Shown: one piece after another, positions 12,009 to 26,076 of the stretch | Numbering within the stretch: position 1 is the first letter of the stretch | How the letters are laid out: every line of letters begins with the position of its first letter | Assembly (NCBI RefSeq): GCF_001677475.2 | Contig: NZ_CP015229.1 | Origin: Escherichia coli | Lineage (GTDB): Bacteria; Pseudomonadota; Gammaproteobacteria; Enterobacterales; Enterobacteriaceae | Length of the DNA: 64,000 nucleotides | Reading direction: 5' to 3' (one strand) | Made by a program: the position numbers and the translations under genes | The notes under the pieces: generated by a model | What the model was told of the DNA's origin: nothing | Seen by the model: the letters and a program-made list of their open reading frames with translations, nothing else | The model's database searches: none

Positions 12009-12713
12009 TCATTCTTGTGGTGAAAACAAGCACCGTGGTACCCAGAAATTATTCGGCAATCGTCCGAGGCGCATTTGATTGAGATAATTGAGATAATCCC
12101 GGCGAGGAATTTCGCAGGCACCAAGCGACGCTGTGTGATCGTTAAGTACCTGGCAGTCGATAAGTTTACCGCCATGACCAATAAATTCCTCACAGAATAC
12201 CAGAAGCGCCGTTTTAGACGCATTTTCCATCCGGCTGAACATGGACTCGCCACAAAATAGCGTTCCCTGGGCCACGCCGTACATACCGCCGACAAGCTCA
12301 TCTTCACGCCAGACTTCAATAGAGTGGGCATGACCGAGTTCGTGAAGGCGATGGTAGGCTTCGACCACGCCACGCGTGATCCAGGTTCCTTCTTCGCGAT
12401 CGCTGGCACAGCCTTCAATGACCTGACCAAAAGCGTAATTCATCGTGACTCGATAGGGCGAGCGTTTATGAAATCGCTTCATACTACGGCTGATATGCAG
12501 TGATTCTGGCCATAGCACCGCGCGAGGATCGGGCGACCACCAGAGGATGGGGTCGCCTGGAGAAAACCACGGAAAAATACCACGCTGGTAAGCCATTAAC
12601 AGGCGCGCAGGGCTAAGATCGCCCCCCAGTGCCAGCAGGCCGTTAGGCTCACGTAATGCGCCTTCCGGGGAAGGGAAGGCTATTGAATGGCGAGAAAGCT
12701 GAACCAGGCGCAT
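12009..12713 (-). CDS. aat: Leucyl/phenylalanyl-tRNA--protein transferase
   Basis: 234-aa ORF; position between infA and cydC and length match aat. Confidence 0.9.
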
Positions 12714-12754
12714 GACCGCAAAACTCCACGCTAGTCGGATCGTTCAATAATAGC

Positions 12755-14476
12755 TTACAAACCCTGCTTAAACTGGTAATAACGCCCCTGTCTGGCAAGC
12801 AGTTCTGCGTGAGTACCTTGCTCAATAATTTGCCCGTTGTCCATCACTATTATTTTCTGGAAACGAGAGAGTCCGCGAAGTCGATGGGTGACCATTAACA
12901 CCGTTTTCTCATGCATCATTTCTGCAAGCAATTCAAGGATCTGACTTTCGGTTGTGGCATCTAAGCCTTCTGTAGGTTCATCCAGCAATACCAGCGGCGC
13001 ATCATGTAACAGCGCACGGGCGATAGCCAGACGGCGCAGTTCACCACCGGAGAGCTGGCGTCCGCCTTCACCTAACCAACTGTTGAGACCTGCATCCTCG
13101 AGCAGCTTCTCCAGACCAACGCGACGTAAGATCTCCGCCAGAGCCTCATCACTACTGCCAGGTGAGGCGAGTAACAGATTATCACGCAGCGTGGCGCTAA
13201 ACAGATGCACTCGCTGTGGCACAACGCTGATGGTCTGTCGTAGAGTCGCTTCATTCAGACTGGCTATGGGGCTATCGTTAAGCAAAATCTCGCCCTGTTG
13301 CGGGTCCCATGCGCGGGTCAGCAGTTGTAACAGTGTTGATTTGCCGCATCCGGTTCGCCCGAGAATCGCTATATGTTCCCCGGCGTTTACCTGAAGAGAA
13401 ATCCCTTTAAGTGCCTGTTGGGATTGCTCCGGATAAGTGAACTGAACATCCCGTAATGTCAGCGAAACGCGATCGGCAACACGAGTTTGGGTATCAGGGA
13501 AGGTGACCTCCGGTTTTTGATCCGTTAAATCAGTGATCCGAACGGCAGAGGCAATGACTTGCCCCAGATGCTGAAATGCACCCGTTACTGGTGCCAGTGC
13601 TTCAAACGCGGCTAACGCGCAGAAGACAAACAGGGCAATTAACGCGCCGGGTTGAGCATTGCCGCCAACGCCGCCAGACGCCATCCACAGCATCAGGATC
13701 ACCGCTAACGCGCCAATGAGCAGCATTATCGCTTGCGACAATGCGGTTAGTTCAGATTGACGGCGTTGCGCTTCCAGCCATTGAATTTCTGTATTCTCTA
13801 GTTGCGTGCGATAACGATCGCTGGCACCAAAAATGGTCAGCTCAGCTTGCCCTTGCAGCCAGGCCGTCAGTTGTTGGCGATACTGCCCGCGAAGATGAGT
13901 CAGATTTTGCCCGGTGCTTTTTCCCGCACGATAAAACAGCGGTGGCATCAGGAAAAGCGTCAGTAACATAATGCCGCCCAGCGTAAAGGCGAGGGTGAAA
14001 TCAAGGAAACTTAACCCGACTGTCACCACCATAATCACCACAAAAGCGCCCACCAGCGGCGAAATAACGCGCAGGTAAAGATGATCGAGCGTATCAACAT
14101 CCGCCACCACGCGGTTGAGCAATTCGCCCTGACGATAGCGCGCCAGTCCGGCAGGGGAGAGGGGTAGCAATTTGCTGAAGGTGTAAATGCGCAGATGCTG
14201 CAACACGCGGAAAGTCGCGTCGTGACTTACCAGACGTTCAAAATAACGCCCGGCAGTACGGGTGATTGCTGCGCCACGCACGCCCGCAGCGGGTAGCATG
14301 TAGTTGAAGCTGTACAGTCCGGCAACCCCCGCAATCGCTGAGGCGGAGAGGAACCAGCCCGAAAGTGTCAACAGACCGATACTGGCGAGCAGCGTGACAA
14401 TTGCCAGCACGATACCAAGACTTAACATCCATTTATGACGTTTATACAGTGCCAGATAGGGTAGCAAAGCGCGCAT
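12755..14476 (-). CDS. cydC: Glutathione/cysteine ABC exporter CydC (cytochrome bd assembly)
   Basis: 573-aa ORF. N-terminal six-helix transmembrane domain plus ABC ATPase (Walker A GRTGCGKST, signature LSGGELRR, Walker B LLLDEPTEGLD). Confidence 0.95.
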   Translation of the reverse strand: MRALLPYLALYKRHKWMLSLGIVLAIVTLLASIGLLTLSGWFLSASAIAGVAGLYSFNYMLPAAGVRGAAITRTAGRYFERLVSHDATFRVLQHLRIYTFSKLLPLSPAGLARYRQGELLNRVVADVDTLDHLYLRVISPLVGAFVVIMVVTVGLSFLDFTLAFTLGGIMLLTLFLMPPLFYRAGKSTGQNLTHLRGQYRQQLTAWLQGQAELTIFGASDRYRTQLENTEIQWLEAQRRQSELTALSQAIMLLIGALAVILMLWMASGGVGGNAQPGALIALFVFCALAAFEALAPVTGAFQHLGQVIASAVRITDLTDQKPEVTFPDTQTRVADRVSLTLRDVQFTYPEQSQQALKGISLQVNAGEHIAILGRTGCGKSTLLQLLTRAWDPQQGEILLNDSPIASLNEATLRQTISVVPQRVHLFSATLRDNLLLASPGSSDEALAEILRRVGLEKLLEDAGLNSWLGEGGRQLSGGELRRLAIARALLHDAPLVLLDEPTEGLDATTESQILELLAEMMHEKTVLMVTHRLRGLSRFQKIIVMDNGQIIEQGTHAELLARQGRYYQFKQGL

Positions 14477-16243
14477 TTAAATCTCCTCCTGACGATGGGC
14501 CAGTAATGTGGCGAATGGGCCACCAGCCACACTTAATTCCGCGTAACGTCCTTGCTCAATAATCCGGCCATCCTGCATAACCCAAATGACATCCCAGTCA
14601 GCAAGATCTTCTAACTGGTGGGTGACCATTAACGTTGTCTGGCGCAGAGAGGCGGCATTCAGCGCCTCCATTACGCGCTGTTCACTGTGAGCATCAAGGC
14701 TGGCAGCGGGTTCATCCAACAGTAATAGCGAGCAGGGATTCAGTAACGCACGGGCCACCGCCACGCGCTGCGCCTGCCCCACGGAAAGGCGGGCAGCCTG
14801 GTCGCCAACAGGCGTATCAACGCCTTGTGGCAGGAGCGGTAGAAACTCACTGACCCAGGCGTTATCCAGCGCTGTTTGTAACTCGTGTTCGCTGGCATCA
14901 GGTCGTGCCAGTAGTACGTTATCCCGTAGTGTTGCTGCCGGTAATTGTGGGTTTTGCCCAACCCAGGAGAGATGTTTACGCCATGATTCCGGTGATAAAT
15001 CGCGTAATTCTATCCCGTTGATTCGTAGCGATCCCTGATATGAGAGAAAACCAGAAAGCGCGTTCAACAGTGAACTTTTACCTGAACCGCTGCGACCAAC
15101 CAACACCGCACGTTGGCCAGCTGGCAAAGTAAAGTTCAGCGGTCCGGCCAGCGTTTTACCTTCTGGTGATGTAATAAACAGCTCCTCGGCTTCAATGGTC
15201 ACCGGATCGGTCGATGCTAATTCCGCCTCACCACGCTGCGGATGGGCAAGCGGGGTTTCCATAAACGTTTTCAAACTGTCAGCTGCACCAACAGCCTGGG
15301 CTTTAGCATGATAAAACGTACCGAGATCGCGTAATGGCTGGAAAAACTCCGGCGCAAGGATCAGGGCCAGAAAACCCGCAGCCAGCGTCACGCCAGTATC
15401 GTAGTGACCAAAATCCAGCTCGCCGAGATAGGAAAAACCAAAGTAGACCGCCACCAGAGCAATTGACAGCGAGGTAAAAAATTCGAGAATGCCGGAGGAT
15501 AAAAACGCCAGCCGCAGCACTTCCATTGTCCGTTGGCGGAAATCTTCCGAAGCAGAACGAATACTTTCAATTTCAGCTTCACCACGACCAAAAATACGCA
15601 ATGTTTCCATGCCGCGCAGGCGATCGAGAAAATGCCCACTTAAGCGAGCAAGAGCGAGAAAGTTGCGTCGGTTAGCATCGGCAGCCCCCATTCCAACCAG
15701 CGCCATAAATAACGGAATTAGCGGTGCAGTGCCCAGTAGAATCAGCGCTGCAGCCCAGTTAGAGGGGAAGATAGCCACCACAATCAGCAACGGCACCGAC
15801 ACTGCCAGCGCCATTTGCGGCAGGTAGCGTGCATAGTAATCATGCATATCGTCAATTTGCTCGAGTACCAGCGTCGCCCAGCTCCCCGCCGGTTTACCCT
15901 GAATCCACGCTGGCCCTGCTTGTTGCAGACGGTCGAGAACCTGACGGCGGATGGCAAAGCGGATATGCTGCCCGGCGTGATAACCCACCCGTTCGCGTAA
16001 CCAGACCACCCATGCGCGCAGTACAAAGGTCAGAACCAGTAACGTAAAGGGAAGCAGCAGAGCTTCACGGGGAATATTCTCCATAATCATATGTTGCAGA
16101 ATTCGCGCCATGAACCAGGCCTGGGCAATGATCAATATGCCGCTCACAAAGCCCAGCAGACGAGAAATATTCAGCCAACGTTGGGAGATGACGCTTTGCT
16201 GTTTTAACCAGCGGGTTAACTCTTTTTGACGGGATTTATTCAT
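14477..16243 (-). CDS. cydD: Glutathione/cysteine ABC exporter CydD (cytochrome bd assembly)
   Basis: 588-aa ORF directly upstream of and abutting cydC. Walker [10 protein letters not shown], signature LSVGQAQR, Walker B LLLLDEPAASLD. Confidence 0.95.
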   Translation of the reverse strand: MNKSRQKELTRWLKQQSVISQRWLNISRLLGFVSGILIIAQAWFMARILQHMIMENIPREALLLPFTLLVLTFVLRAWVVWLRERVGYHAGQHIRFAIRRQVLDRLQQAGPAWIQGKPAGSWATLVLEQIDDMHDYYARYLPQMALAVSVPLLIVVAIFPSNWAAALILLGTAPLIPLFMALVGMGAADANRRNFLALARLSGHFLDRLRGMETLRIFGRGEAEIESIRSASEDFRQRTMEVLRLAFLSSGILEFFTSLSIALVAVYFGFSYLGELDFGHYDTGVTLAAGFLALILAPEFFQPLRDLGTFYHAKAQAVGAADSLKTFMETPLAHPQRGEAELASTDPVTIEAEELFITSPEGKTLAGPLNFTLPAGQRAVLVGRSGSGKSSLLNALSGFLSYQGSLRINGIELRDLSPESWRKHLSWVGQNPQLPAATLRDNVLLARPDASEHELQTALDNAWVSEFLPLLPQGVDTPVGDQAARLSVGQAQRVAVARALLNPCSLLLLDEPAASLDAHSEQRVMEALNAASLRQTTLMVTHQLEDLADWDVIWVMQDGRIIEQGRYAELSVAGGPFATLLAHRQEEI

Positions 16244-16300
16244 TGCACGCTTAGCAGGTGAGTTATCAGAATTATTTGCAGAGCAATGTTACAACGAGGA

Positions 16301-16337
16301 AAAAATAAAGGCGACCCATAGTCGCATGGTGTCGCCT
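16301..16337 (-). terminator. Putative intrinsic terminator downstream of trxB
   Basis: Strong hairpin ggcgacccat-agtcgc-atggtgtcgcc preceded on the plus strand by an A-run (a U-run on the minus transcript), beyond the trxB stop. Confidence 0.55.
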
Positions 16338-16365
16338 TCTTTACTTTTGTTACTGATTTGTAAAA

Positions 16366-17448
<1,083 letters not shown>

Positions 17449-17874
17449 TCAAATTCTCCCGTCATTATCACCTCTGCTACTTAAATTTCCCGCTTTATAA
17501 GCCGATTAAATGATGAATAAACGCCCCTGGTAATGAATATCTGGCATGTTGTACTAAAAATCGATGTTTTGCTTTGACAATCCCCTGGTGTTTTGCGAAA
17601 ACATTCGAGGAAGAAAAAAACAGTATTCTTATATGCGCATAACCATGCATGTAAATACCATGTTTACCGTGCTAGTGAAATCTACGTATGGCGTGGACAG
17701 ACGCCATTCGTGATGTCGATAGCTGCCACAAGGCAACGGTCTTCTCACCGTAGACCCAGGCATTGCGCGCCGTGAATCTTCATGATTTCGGTCTATCGTG
17801 ACGGGTAGCGACTCTGAACAGTGATGTTTCAGGGTCAGACAGGAGTAGGGAAGGAATACAGAGAGACAATAATA

Positions 17875-18369
17875 ATGGTAGATAGCAAGAAGCGCCCTGG
17901 CAAAGATCTCGACCGTATCGATCGTAACATTCTTAATGAGTTGCAAAAGGATGGGCGTATTTCTAACGTCGAGCTTTCTAAACGTGTGGGACTTTCCCCA
18001 ACGCCGTGCCTTGAGCGTGTGCGTCGGCTGGAAAGACAAGGGTTTATTCAGGGCTATACGGCGCTGCTGAACCCCCATTATCTGGATGCATCACTTCTGG
18101 TATTCGTTGAGATTACTCTGAATCGTGGCGCACCGGATGTGTTTGAACAATTCAATACCGCTGTACAAAAACTTGAAGAAATTCAGGAGTGTCATTTAGT
18201 ATCCGGTGATTTCGACTACCTGTTGAAAACACGCGTGCCGGATATGTCAGCTTACCGTAAGTTGCTGGGGGAAACCCTGCTGCGTCTGCCTGGCGTCAAT
18301 GACACACGGACATACGTTGTTATGGAAGAAGTCAAGCAGAGTAATCGTCTGGTTATTAAGACGCGCTAA
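17875..18369 (+). CDS. lrp: Leucine-responsive regulatory protein Lrp (AsnC family)
   Basis: ORF 17821..18369. Start taken at MVDSKKRPGKDLDRIDRNILNELQKDGRISNVELSKRVGLSP (164 aa); HTH followed by a RAM domain. Confidence 0.95.
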   Translation: MVDSKKRPGKDLDRIDRNILNELQKDGRISNVELSKRVGLSPTPCLERVRRLERQGFIQGYTALLNPHYLDASLLVFVEITLNRGAPDVFEQFNTAVQKLEEIQECHLVSGDFDYLLKTRVPDMSAYRKLLGETLLRLPGVNDTRTYVVMEEVKQSNRLVIKTR

Positions 18370-18503
18370 CACGGAACAGGTGCAAAATCGGCGTATTTTG
18401 ATTACACTCCTGTTAATCCATACAGCAACAGTACTGGGGTAACCTGGTACTGTTGTCCGTTTTAGCATCGGGCAGGAAAAGCCTGTAACCTGGAGAGCCT
18501 TTC

Positions 18504-21500
18504 TTGAGCCAGGAATACACTGAAGACAAAGAAGTCACATTGACAAAGTTAAGTAGCGGCCGCCGCCTTCTGGAGGCGTTGCTGATCCTTATTGTCCTGT
18601 TTGCCGTCTGGTTGATGGCTGCCTTACTAAGCTTTAACCCTTCGGACCCCAGCTGGTCGCAAACGGCCTGGCATGAACCTATCCATAATTTAGGTGGGAT
18701 GCCCGGTGCGTGGTTGGCAGATACGCTGTTCTTTATTTTTGGCGTGATGGCTTACACCATTCCCGTCATTATTGTCGGCGGTTGTTGGTTTGCCTGGCGT
18801 CATCAGTCCAGCGACGAATACATTGATTATTTTGCCGTTTCGCTACGCATCATTGGCGTTTTGGCGCTCATCCTTACCTCCTGTGGTCTGGCGGCAATCA
18901 ACGCTGATGATATCTGGTATTTTGCCTCCGGTGGCGTCATTGGCAGCTTACTAAGTACTACGCTACAACCACTGCTACACAGTAGCGGGGGAACTATTGC
19001 GCTGCTCTGCGTTTGGGCTGCGGGCCTGACGCTGTTCACCGGTTGGTCATGGGTGACCATTGCTGAAAAACTCGGCGGCTGGATTTTAAACATTCTCACC
19101 TTCGCCAGTAATCGTACCCGTCGCGATGATACCTGGGTCGATGAAGATGAATATGAAGATGACGAAGAGTATGAAGATGAAAACCACGGCAAACAGCATG
19201 AAACACGCCGTGCCCGTATTCTTCGCGGCGCGCTAGCGCGTCGTAAACGGTTGGCGGAAAAATTCATTAATCCGATGGGGCGGCAAACAGACGCTGCGTT
19301 GTTCTCCGGTAAGCGGATGGATGATGAAGAAGAGATTACCTACACTGCACGCGGTGTGGCTGCCGACCCGGACGACGTCCTATTTTCGGGCAATCGTGCA
19401 ACGCAGCCAGAATATGACGAATACGATCCATTATTAAACGGTGCGCCAATTACCGAACCTGTCGCTGTAGCAGCTGCTGCTACCACGGCGACACAAAGCT
19501 GGGCTGCGCCGGTTGAACCTGTGACTCAGACGCCGCCTGTTGCCTCTGTTGATGTTCCACCTTCGCAACCTACAGTAGCCTGGCAGCCTGTACCGGGTCC
19601 ACAAACGGGAGAGCCGGTTATTGCTCCTGCACCGGAAGGTTACCCACAGCAGTCACAATATGCGCAGCCTGCAGTGCAATATAATGAGCCGCTGCAACAA
19701 CCAGTACAGCCGCAGCAGCCGTATTATGCACCTGCAGCTGAACAACCTGCGCAACAGCCGTATTATGCCCCTGCGCCAGAACAACCGGTGGCAGGTAACG
19801 CCTGGCAAGCCGAAGAGCAGCAATCCACTTTTGCTCCACAGTCTACATACCAGACTGAGCAAACTTATCAGCAGCCAGCCGCTCAGGAGCCGTTGTACCA
19901 ACAGCAGCAACCCGTTGAACAGCACTCTGTTGTGGAGCCTGAGCCCGTTGTAGAAGAGACAAAACCCGCGCGTCCGCCGCTTTACTATTTTGAAGAAGTG
20001 GAAGAGAAGCGTGCCCGTGAACGTGAACAACTTGCGGCCTGGTATCAACCGATTCCTGAACCGGTTAAAGAACCAGAACCGATCAAATCTTCGCTGAAAG
20101 CACCTTCTGTTGAAGCAGTATCTCCAGTGGAAGCCGCTGCCGCTGTTTCCCCTTTGGCATCTGGCGTGAAAAAAGCGACACTGGCGACGGGGGCTGCTGC
20201 AACCGTTGCCGCGCCAGTCTTCAGTCTGGCAAATAGCGCTGGACCGCGTCCGCAGGTCAAAGAGGGGATTGGCCCGCAGTTGCCACGACCGAAACGTATC
20301 CGCGTGCCAACTCGTCGTGAATTGGCGTCTTACGGTATTAAGCTGCCCTCACAGCGTGCGGCGGAAGAAAAAGCCCGTGAAGCCCAGCGCAATCAGTATG
20401 ATTCTGGCGATCAGTATAACGATGATGAAATCGATGCGATGCAGCAGGATGAACTGGCACGTCAGTTCGCCCAGACACAGCAGCAACGCTATGGCGAACA
20501 GTATCAACATGATGTGCCCGTAAACGCAGAAGATGCAGATGCTGCGGCAGAGGCTGAACTGGCTCGTCAGTTTGCGCAAACTCAACAACAACGTTATTCC
20601 GGCGAACAACCGGCTGGGGCGAATCCGTTCTCGCTGGATGATTTTGAATTTTCGCCAATGAAAGCGTTGTTGGATGATGGTCCACACGAACCGCTGTTTA
20701 CGCCAATTGTTGAACCTGTACAGCAGCCGCAACAACCGGTAGCGCCACAGCCGCAGTATCAGCAGCCACAACAGCCAGTTGCGCCACAGCCGCAGGATAC
20801 CCTGCTTCATCCGCTGTTGATGCGTAATGGCGACAGCCGTCCGTTGCATAAACCGACGACGCCGCTGCCTTCTCTGGATTTGCTGACACCGCCGCCGAGC
20901 GAAGTGGAGCCGGTAGATACCTTTGCGCTTGAACAAATGGCGCGCCTGGTGGAAGCGCGTCTGGCTGATTTCCGTATTAAAGCCGATGTCGTCAATTACT
21001 CTCCGGGGCCGGTTATCACTCGCTTTGAATTGAACCTGGCACCGGGCGTAAAAGCGGCGCGCATTTCTAATTTGTCACGGGACCTGGCCCGTTCACTTTC
21101 TACGGTGGCGGTGCGTGTCGTTGAAGTTATTCCTGGCAAACCCTATGTAGGTCTGGAGTTACCGAATAAAAAACGACAAACCGTTTATCTGCGCGAAGTT
21201 TTGGATAACGCCAAATTCCGCGATAATCCGTCGCCATTAACCGTGGTGCTGGGTAAAGATATCGCCGGTGAGCCGGTGGTTGCCGATCTGGCGAAAATGC
21301 CGCACTTGTTGGTTGCGGGGACTACCGGTTCCGGTAAGTCTGTCGGTGTGAACGCGATGATCCTGAGCATGCTTTATAAAGCACAGCCAGAAGATGTGCG
21401 TTTCATCATGATCGACCCGAAAATGCTGGAGCTTTCGGTTTATGAAGGCATTCCGCACCTGTTAACGGAAGTCGTTACTGATATGAAAGATGCCGCCAAC

Positions 21501-22337
21501 GCGCTGCGCTGGTGTGTTAACGAGATGGAACGTCGGTATAAACTGATGTCTGCGCTGGGTGTGCGTAATCTGGCGGGTTATAACGAAAAAATTGCTGAAG
21601 CCGATCGCATGATGCGTCCGATTCCAGACCCGTACTGGAAGCCGGGTGACAGTATGGATGCCCAGCATCCGGTGCTGAAAAAGGAACCGTACATTGTGGT
21701 GTTGGTGGACGAATTTGCCGACCTGATGATGACGGTAGGTAAAAAAGTGGAAGAGCTGATAGCACGTCTGGCACAAAAAGCCCGTGCCGCGGGTATCCAT
21801 CTCGTACTGGCAACTCAGCGTCCATCGGTTGATGTTATTACTGGTCTGATTAAAGCGAATATTCCGACCCGTATCGCCTTTACCGTATCCAGTAAGATTG
21901 ACTCACGTACCATTCTTGATCAGGCTGGCGCGGAATCACTGCTGGGTATGGGGGATATGCTTTACTCTGGGCCGAACTCCACGTTGCCGGTACGTGTTCA
22001 TGGTGCTTTTGTTCGCGATCAGGAAGTTCATGCCGTGGTGCAGGACTGGAAAGCGCGTGGTCGCCCACAGTATGTTGATGGCATCACCTCCGACACTGAA
22101 AGCGAAGGTGGCGCGGGCGGTTTCGATGGTGCTGAAGAACTGGATCCGTTGTTCGATCAGGCGGTGCAGTTTGTTACTGAAAAACGCAAAGCGTCAATTT
22201 CTGGCGTACAGCGTCAGTTCCGCATTGGTTATAACCGTGCAGCGCGTATTATCGAACAGATGGAAGCGCAGGGGATTGTCAGCGAACAGGGGCACAACGG
22301 TAATCGTGAAGTGCTGGCCCCACCGCCGTTTGACTAA
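18504..22337 (+). CDS. ftsK: DNA translocase FtsK, 1277 aa as encoded here
   Basis: TTG start with ggag 9 bp upstream. N-terminal membrane domain, long Pro/Gln-rich linker, C-terminal motor (Walker A GTTGSGKS) and gamma winged-helix domain. See finding on linker length. Confidence 0.95.
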   Translation: MSQEYTEDKEVTLTKLSSGRRLLEALLILIVLFAVWLMAALLSFNPSDPSWSQTAWHEPIHNLGGMPGAWLADTLFFIFGVMAYTIPVIIVGGCWFAWRHQSSDEYIDYFAVSLRIIGVLALILTSCGLAAINADDIWYFASGGVIGSLLSTTLQPLLHSSGGTIALLCVWAAGLTLFTGWSWVTIAEKLGGWILNILTFASNRTRRDDTWVDEDEYEDDEEYEDENHGKQHETRRARILRGALARRKRLAEKFINPMGRQTDAALFSGKRMDDEEEITYTARGVAADPDDVLFSGNRATQPEYDEYDPLLNGAPITEPVAVAAAATTATQSWAAPVEPVTQTPPVASVDVPPSQPTVAWQPVPGPQTGEPVIAPAPEGYPQQSQYAQPAVQYNEPLQQPVQPQQPYYAPAAEQPAQQPYYAPAPEQPVAGNAWQAEEQQSTFAPQSTYQTEQTYQQPAAQEPLYQQQQPVEQHSVVEPEPVVEETKPARPPLYYFEEVEEKRAREREQLAAWYQPIPEPVKEPEPIKSSLKAPSVEAVSPVEAAAAVSPLASGVKKATLATGAAATVAAPVFSLANSAGPRPQVKEGIGPQLPRPKRIRVPTRRELASYGIKLPSQRAAEEKAREAQRNQYDSGDQYNDDEIDAMQQDELARQFAQTQQQRYGEQYQHDVPVNAEDADAAAEAELARQFAQTQQQRYSGEQPAGANPFSLDDFEFSPMKALLDDGPHEPLFTPIVEPVQQPQQPVAPQPQYQQPQQPVAPQPQDTLLHPLLMRNGDSRPLHKPTTPLPSLDLLTPPPSEVEPVDTFALEQMARLVEARLADFRIKADVVNYSPGPVITRFELNLAPGVKAARISNLSRDLARSLSTVAVRVVEVIPGKPYVGLELPNKKRQTVYLREVLDNAKFRDNPSPLTVVLGKDIAGEPVVADLAKMPHLLVAGTTGSGKSVGVNAMILSMLYKAQPEDVRFIMIDPKMLELSVYEGIPHLLTEVVTDMKDAANALRWCVNEMERRYKLMSALGVRNLAGYNEKIAEADRMMRPIPDPYWKPGDSMDAQHPVLKKEPYIVVLVDEFADLMMTVGKKVEELIARLAQKARAAGIHLVLATQRPSVDVITGLIKANIPTRIAFTVSSKIDSRTILDQAGAESLLGMGDMLYSGPNSTLPVRVHGAFVRDQEVHAVVQDWKARGRPQYVDGITSDTESEGGAGGFDGAEELDPLFDQAVQFVTEKRKASISGVQRQFRIGYNRAARIIEQMEAQGIVSEQGHNGNREVLAPPPFD
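19712..19792 (+). repeat. Imperfect tandem coding repeat in the ftsK linker (QQPYYAPA-type units)
   Basis: Two adjacent near-identical units cagccgtattatgcNcctgc...gaacaacc, encoding ...[27 protein letters not shown].... Confidence 0.6.
20728..20796 (+). repeat. Imperfect tandem coding repeat in the ftsK linker (QQPVAPQPQ-type units)
   Basis: Units caacaaccggtagcgccacagccgcag and caacagccagttgcgccacagccgcag, encoding [25 protein letters not shown]. Confidence 0.6.
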
Positions 22338-22346
22338 TTAATGCAT

Positions 22347-22378
22347 TGCCGGATAAGGCGGTAGCGTCGCATCCGGCA
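22347..22378. repeat. REP (repetitive extragenic palindrome) element downstream of ftsK
   Basis: tgccggataaggcg...cgcatccggca palindrome, typical of enterobacterial REP units, in the ftsK-lolA intergenic region. Confidence 0.6.
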
Positions 22379-22489
22379 CTCTATCAACTGAAAATTCAGT
22401 ATTTTCTTCTTTCCTCAAGCTGATTATTAGCCTGGAATAGAGAGTAGAGGGAACTCCCGATCGGGAGTGACGTAATTTGAGGAATAATG

Positions 22490-23101
22490 ATGAAAAAAAT
22501 TGCCATCACCTGTGCATTACTCTCAAGCTTAGTAGCAAGCAGCGTATGGGCTGATGCCGCAAGCGATCTGAAAAGCCGCCTGGATAAAGTCAGCAGCTTC
22601 CACGCCAGCTTCACACAAAAAGTGACTGACGGTAGCGGCGCGGCGGTGCAGGAAGGTCAGGGCGATCTGTGGGTGAAACGTCCAAACTTATTCAACTGGC
22701 ATATGACTCAACCTGATGAAAGCATTCTGGTTTCTGACGGTAAAACACTGTGGTTCTATAACCCGTTCGTTGAGCAAGCTACGGCAACCAGGCTGAAAGA
22801 TGCCACCGGTAATACGCCGTTTATGCTGATTGCCCGCAACCAGTCCAGCGACTGGCAGCAGTACAATATCAAACAGAATGGCGATGACTTTGTCCTGACG
22901 CCGAAAGCCAGCAATGGCAATCTGAAGCAGTTCACCATTAACGTGGGACGTGATGGCACAATCCATCAGTTTAGCGCGGTGGAGCAGGATGATCAGCGCA
23001 GCAGTTATCAGCTGAAATCCCAGCAAAATGGGGCTGTGGATGCAGCGAAATTTACCTTCACCCCGCCGCAAGGCGTCACGGTAGATGATCAACGTAAGTA
23101 G
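22490..23101 (+). CDS. lolA: Periplasmic lipoprotein carrier LolA
   Basis: ORF 22487..23101 (MMKKIA...). Signal peptide [21 protein letters not shown] followed by the mature chaperone; 203 aa from the second Met. Confidence 0.9.
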   Translation: MKKIAITCALLSSLVASSVWADAASDLKSRLDKVSSFHASFTQKVTDGSGAAVQEGQGDLWVKRPNLFNWHMTQPDESILVSDGKTLWFYNPFVEQATATRLKDATGNTPFMLIARNQSSDWQQYNIKQNGDDFVLTPKASNGNLKQFTINVGRDGTIHQFSAVEQDDQRSSYQLKSQQNGAVDAAKFTFTPPQGVTVDDQRK

Positions 23102-23111
23102 AGGCACCTGA

Positions 23112-24455
23112 GTGAGCAATCTGTCGCTCGATTTTTCGGATAATACTTTTCAACCTCTGGCCGCGCGTATGCGGCCAGAAAATTTAGCACAGTATATCGG
23201 CCAGCAACATTTGTTGGCTGCGGGGAAGCCGTTGCCGCGCGCTATCGAAGCCGGGCATCTGCATTCTATGATCCTCTGGGGGCCGCCGGGTACTGGCAAG
23301 ACAACCCTCGCTGAAGTGATTGCCCGCTATGCGAACGCTGATGTGGAACGTATTTCTGCCGTCACCTCTGGCGTGAAAGAGATTCGCGAGGCGATCGAGC
23401 GCGCTCGGCAAAACCGCAATGCAGGTCGCCGCACTATTCTTTTTGTTGACGAAGTTCACCGTTTCAACAAAAGCCAGCAGGATGCATTCCTGCCACATAT
23501 TGAAGACGGCACCATTACTTTTATTGGCGCAACCACTGAAAACCCGTCGTTTGAGCTTAATTCGGCACTGCTTTCCCGTGCCCGTGTCTATCTGTTGAAA
23601 TCCCTGACTACCGAGGATATTGAGCAAGTACTAACTCAGGCGATGGAAGACAAGACCCGTGGTTATGGTGGTCAGGATATTGTTCTGCCAGATGAAACAC
23701 GACGCGCCATTGCTGAACTGGTGAATGGCGACGCGCGCCGGGCGTTAAATACGCTGGAAATGATGGCGGATATGGCCGAAGTCGAAGATAGCGGTAAGCG
23801 GGTCCTGAAGCCTGAATTACTGACCGAAATCGCAGGTGAACGTAGCGCCCGCTTTGATAATAAAGGTGATCGCTTTTACGATCTGATTTCCGCACTGCAT
23901 AAGTCGGTACGTGGTAGCGCACCCGATGCGGCGCTCTACTGGTATGCGCGAATAATTACCGCCGGTGGCGATCCGTTATATGTCGCGCGTCGTTGCCTGG
24001 CAATTGCTTCCGAAGATGTCGGCAATGCCGACCCACGGGCGATGCAGGTGGCAATTGCGGCCTGGGATTGCTTTACTCGCGTTGGCCCGGCGGAAGGTGA
24101 ACGCGCCATTGCTCAGGCGATTGTTTACCTGGCCTGCGCGCCAAAAAGTAACGCTGTCTACACTGCGTTTAAAGCCGCGCTGGCCGATGCTCGCGAACGT
24201 CCAGATTATGACGTGCCGGTTCATTTGCGTAATGCGCCGACAAAATTAATGAAGGAAATGGGCTACGGGCAGGAATATCGTTACGCTCATGATGAGGCAA
24301 ACGCTTATGCTGCCGGTGAGGTTTACTTCCCGCCGGAAATAGCACAAACACGCTATTATTTCCCGACAAACAGGGGCCTTGAAGGCAAGATTGGCGAAAA
24401 GCTCGCCTGGCTGGCTGAACAGGATCAAAATAGCCCCATAAAACGCTACCGTTAA
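23112..24455 (+). CDS. rarA: Replication-associated recombination protein A (AAA+ ATPase RarA/MgsA)
   Basis: 447-aa ORF with GTG start. Walker [10 protein letters not shown], Walker [11 protein letters not shown]. Confidence 0.92.
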   Translation: MSNLSLDFSDNTFQPLAARMRPENLAQYIGQQHLLAAGKPLPRAIEAGHLHSMILWGPPGTGKTTLAEVIARYANADVERISAVTSGVKEIREAIERARQNRNAGRRTILFVDEVHRFNKSQQDAFLPHIEDGTITFIGATTENPSFELNSALLSRARVYLLKSLTTEDIEQVLTQAMEDKTRGYGGQDIVLPDETRRAIAELVNGDARRALNTLEMMADMAEVEDSGKRVLKPELLTEIAGERSARFDNKGDRFYDLISALHKSVRGSAPDAALYWYARIITAGGDPLYVARRCLAIASEDVGNADPRAMQVAIAAWDCFTRVGPAEGERAIAQAIVYLACAPKSNAVYTAFKAALADARERPDYDVPVHLRNAPTKLMKEMGYGQEYRYAHDEANAYAAGEVYFPPEIAQTRYYFPTNRGLEGKIGEKLAWLAEQDQNSPIKRYR

Positions 24456-24524
24456 TGTTATCGTTGCGGTAATGTTGTTACTGTATCCCTGTGGTCGCAG
24501 GCTGTGGCCACATCTCCCATTTAA

Positions 24525-25838
<1,314 letters not shown>

Positions 25839-25863
25839 TACCCAATTTTTCTGAATCTAAAAA

Positions 25864-25885
25864 GCGCCTGCGGGCGCTTTTTTTG
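25864..25885 (+). terminator. Intrinsic terminator downstream of serS
   Basis: gcgcc-tgcg-ggcgc hairpin immediately followed by ttttttt. Confidence 0.75.
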
Positions 25886-26076
25886 TCTCCCTTTGATACC
25901 GAACAATAATTACTCCTCACTTACACGTAATACTACTTTCGAGTGAAAATCTACCTATCTCTTTGATTTTCAAATTATTCGATGTATACAAACCTATATA
26001 GCGAGCTGCTATAGAAATAATTACACAATACGGTTTGTTACTGGAATCAATCGTGAGCAAGCTTGAGTGAGCCATT

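Noticed and set aside
19653-20936. Several minus-strand ORFs (131, 195, 115 aa) inside the ftsK linker region
   Set aside because: Artefacts of the low-complexity CAG/CCG-rich linker repeats, which stay stop-free in several frames; the products are Arg/Leu-rich nonsense.
25900-26076. Possible FNR half-sites (ttgat...) upstream of dmsA
   Set aside because: Only half-site matches are visible by eye; I cannot place a full TTGAT-N4-ATCAA box with confidence, so it is not reported as a feature.
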